From contig CAXGQC010000003.1 of the NCBI GenBank assembly GCA_964011795.1, forward strand, positions 1 to 47,693: 47,693 nucleotides of DNA, read 5' to 3'. Made by a program: the position numbers and the translations under genes. A model generated the notes under the pieces. That model saw nothing but the letters and a program-made list of their open reading frames with translations. It searched no databases and was not told where the DNA came from. Shown one piece after another: positions 46,673 to 47,693 of the stretch (its first letter is position 1; each line of letters begins with the position of its first letter). This DNA comes from an uncultured bacterium (GTDB lineage Bacteria > Chloroflexota > Dehalococcoidia > UBA2979).

Positions 46673-47693
46673 CTATGCCATATCTCTGTCACTTTTTCCA
46701 ATACGCAACCAGCGCCGAAAATCTCCGACCTCCCAGGAGACCAGTAACTGTGCAGCCAAACCTATCGAAGAATACGTACCTACAATCACACCGATGAAAA
46801 TTGACATCAAAAAAGACCTGATCGTATCACCTCCGAGTAGGAGTAGGGCCCCTATCGGAAGTAAAAGAGTAAGTGAAGTATTCAACGATCTCGCAAGAGT
46901 CTGAGTGAGTGCCAAATTGACATTTTCAACTAAAGAGTTGCGGGGAGAAAATGTGATGTTTTCCCGTATCCGATCGAACACAACAATAGAGTCATGTACT
47001 GAAAATCCGATCGCTGTTAATACCCCAGTTATGAACATCAAGTTCACCTCTAGACCCAGTATCGGACCAAGTACAGCAAAAAAACCAAGCACAATTAGCG
47101 TGTCATGGAATAGAGCAATGATCGCGCAAATCGCATAACGCCAAGGTTTCTCGAGTGTTGAAAATGCAAACCGAACATAGCCCATTATGAATAATGCAGC
47201 GATGACTACTGCCAGTGCAGCGTTACGCACTGCAGCATCCGAAACCACCGGAGAAACGCTCGAGAATTCTAGTAATTCGAACGACCCTATACTCGCTTCT
47301 ATTTCTGATTCAACCTTCGCTTTCTCACCTAATTCAAGTTCACTACTGGGAGTTGGTTCTACCGGAGCTGAATTCGGAGCATACTCCCGTATATCGGATT
47401 CAGTTACCCATCCAGTTGCACCGTCAACCCCCACCAGATAATTCCTCCCGTTGGGGCAATCAACAAGTTCATAGACATCTAATTCACGATTCGTGGGGAC
47501 CTCAGCCCTGACCGCATAAAGATTGCATGCATCGCCGGCAATAGTCGATCGGACAAAAATCTCCCCCGAATCGCCAGACTCCTTGCCCGTGGTCAATTTA
47601 CCAACCACCTCGAGCAACGCTGGTTCTGCACTATCTTGCTGGCTATAGTCCGATTCCGGCACTACTTCAGTGAAAGCGCCGTCGGGTATCTCG
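46673..47693 (-). CDS. secF: Protein translocase subunit SecF (5' end outside window)
   Basis: SVSPVVS, YVRFAF, ALFHD, IGFSVHDSIVVFDRIREN, QTLARSLNTS, GTYSSI. Confidence 0.93.
   Translation of the reverse strand, partial: EIPDGAFTEVVPESDYSQQDSAEPALLEVVGKLTTGKESGDSGEIFVRSTIAGDACNLYAVRAEVPTNRELDVYELVDCPNGRNYLVGVDGATGWVTESDIREYAPNSAPVEPTPSSELELGEKAKVESEIEASIGSFELLEFSSVSPVVSDAAVRNAALAVVIAALFIMGYVRFAFSTLEKPWRYAICAIIALFHDTLIVLGFFAVLGPILGLEVNLMFITGVLTAIGFSVHDSIVVFDRIRENITFSPRNSLVENVNLALTQTLARSLNTSLTLLLPIGALLLLGGDTIRSFLMSIFIGVIVGTYSSIGLAAQLLVSWEVGDFRRWLRIGKSDRDMA

Overview
Bacterial chromosomal window of roughly 50% GC (estimated by eye). Gene content (UPF0182, LLM, ASST, solo groEL with CIRCE, recG-degV-DAK2-rpmB, apparent leaderless starts) suggests Chloroflexota/Dehalococcoidia, SAR202/Tepidiformia-like; this taxonomy is inference only. 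Housekeeping blocks: orphan nuoB, groEL, a selenocysteine-containing selD whose 5' end is missed by the ORF track, nth, argJ-argB-UPF0182-argD, recG-degV-fakA, rpmB, tRNA-Gly(CCC), hemW, selB and a partial secF. Accessory blocks: (i) arylsulfotransferase-like, SnoaL, orphan SucD and ferredoxin genes with a divergent enoyl-CoA hydratase; (ii) an mch-mcd ethylmalonyl-CoA pathway pair; (iii) a ~13 kb locus (23.8-37.0 kb), the best candidate for an undescribed system. Locus (iii) interleaves a DtxR-family regulator, a candidate operator palindrome, a split Fe(III) ABC transporter and a tandem-duplicated FEA1-like lipoprotein with what looks like a complete lipid-linked glycosylation toolkit (flippase-GT2 fusion, GT-C, FAD oxidoreductase, short NDP-sugar dehydrogenase). 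No mobile element, integrase or CRISPR array was seen.
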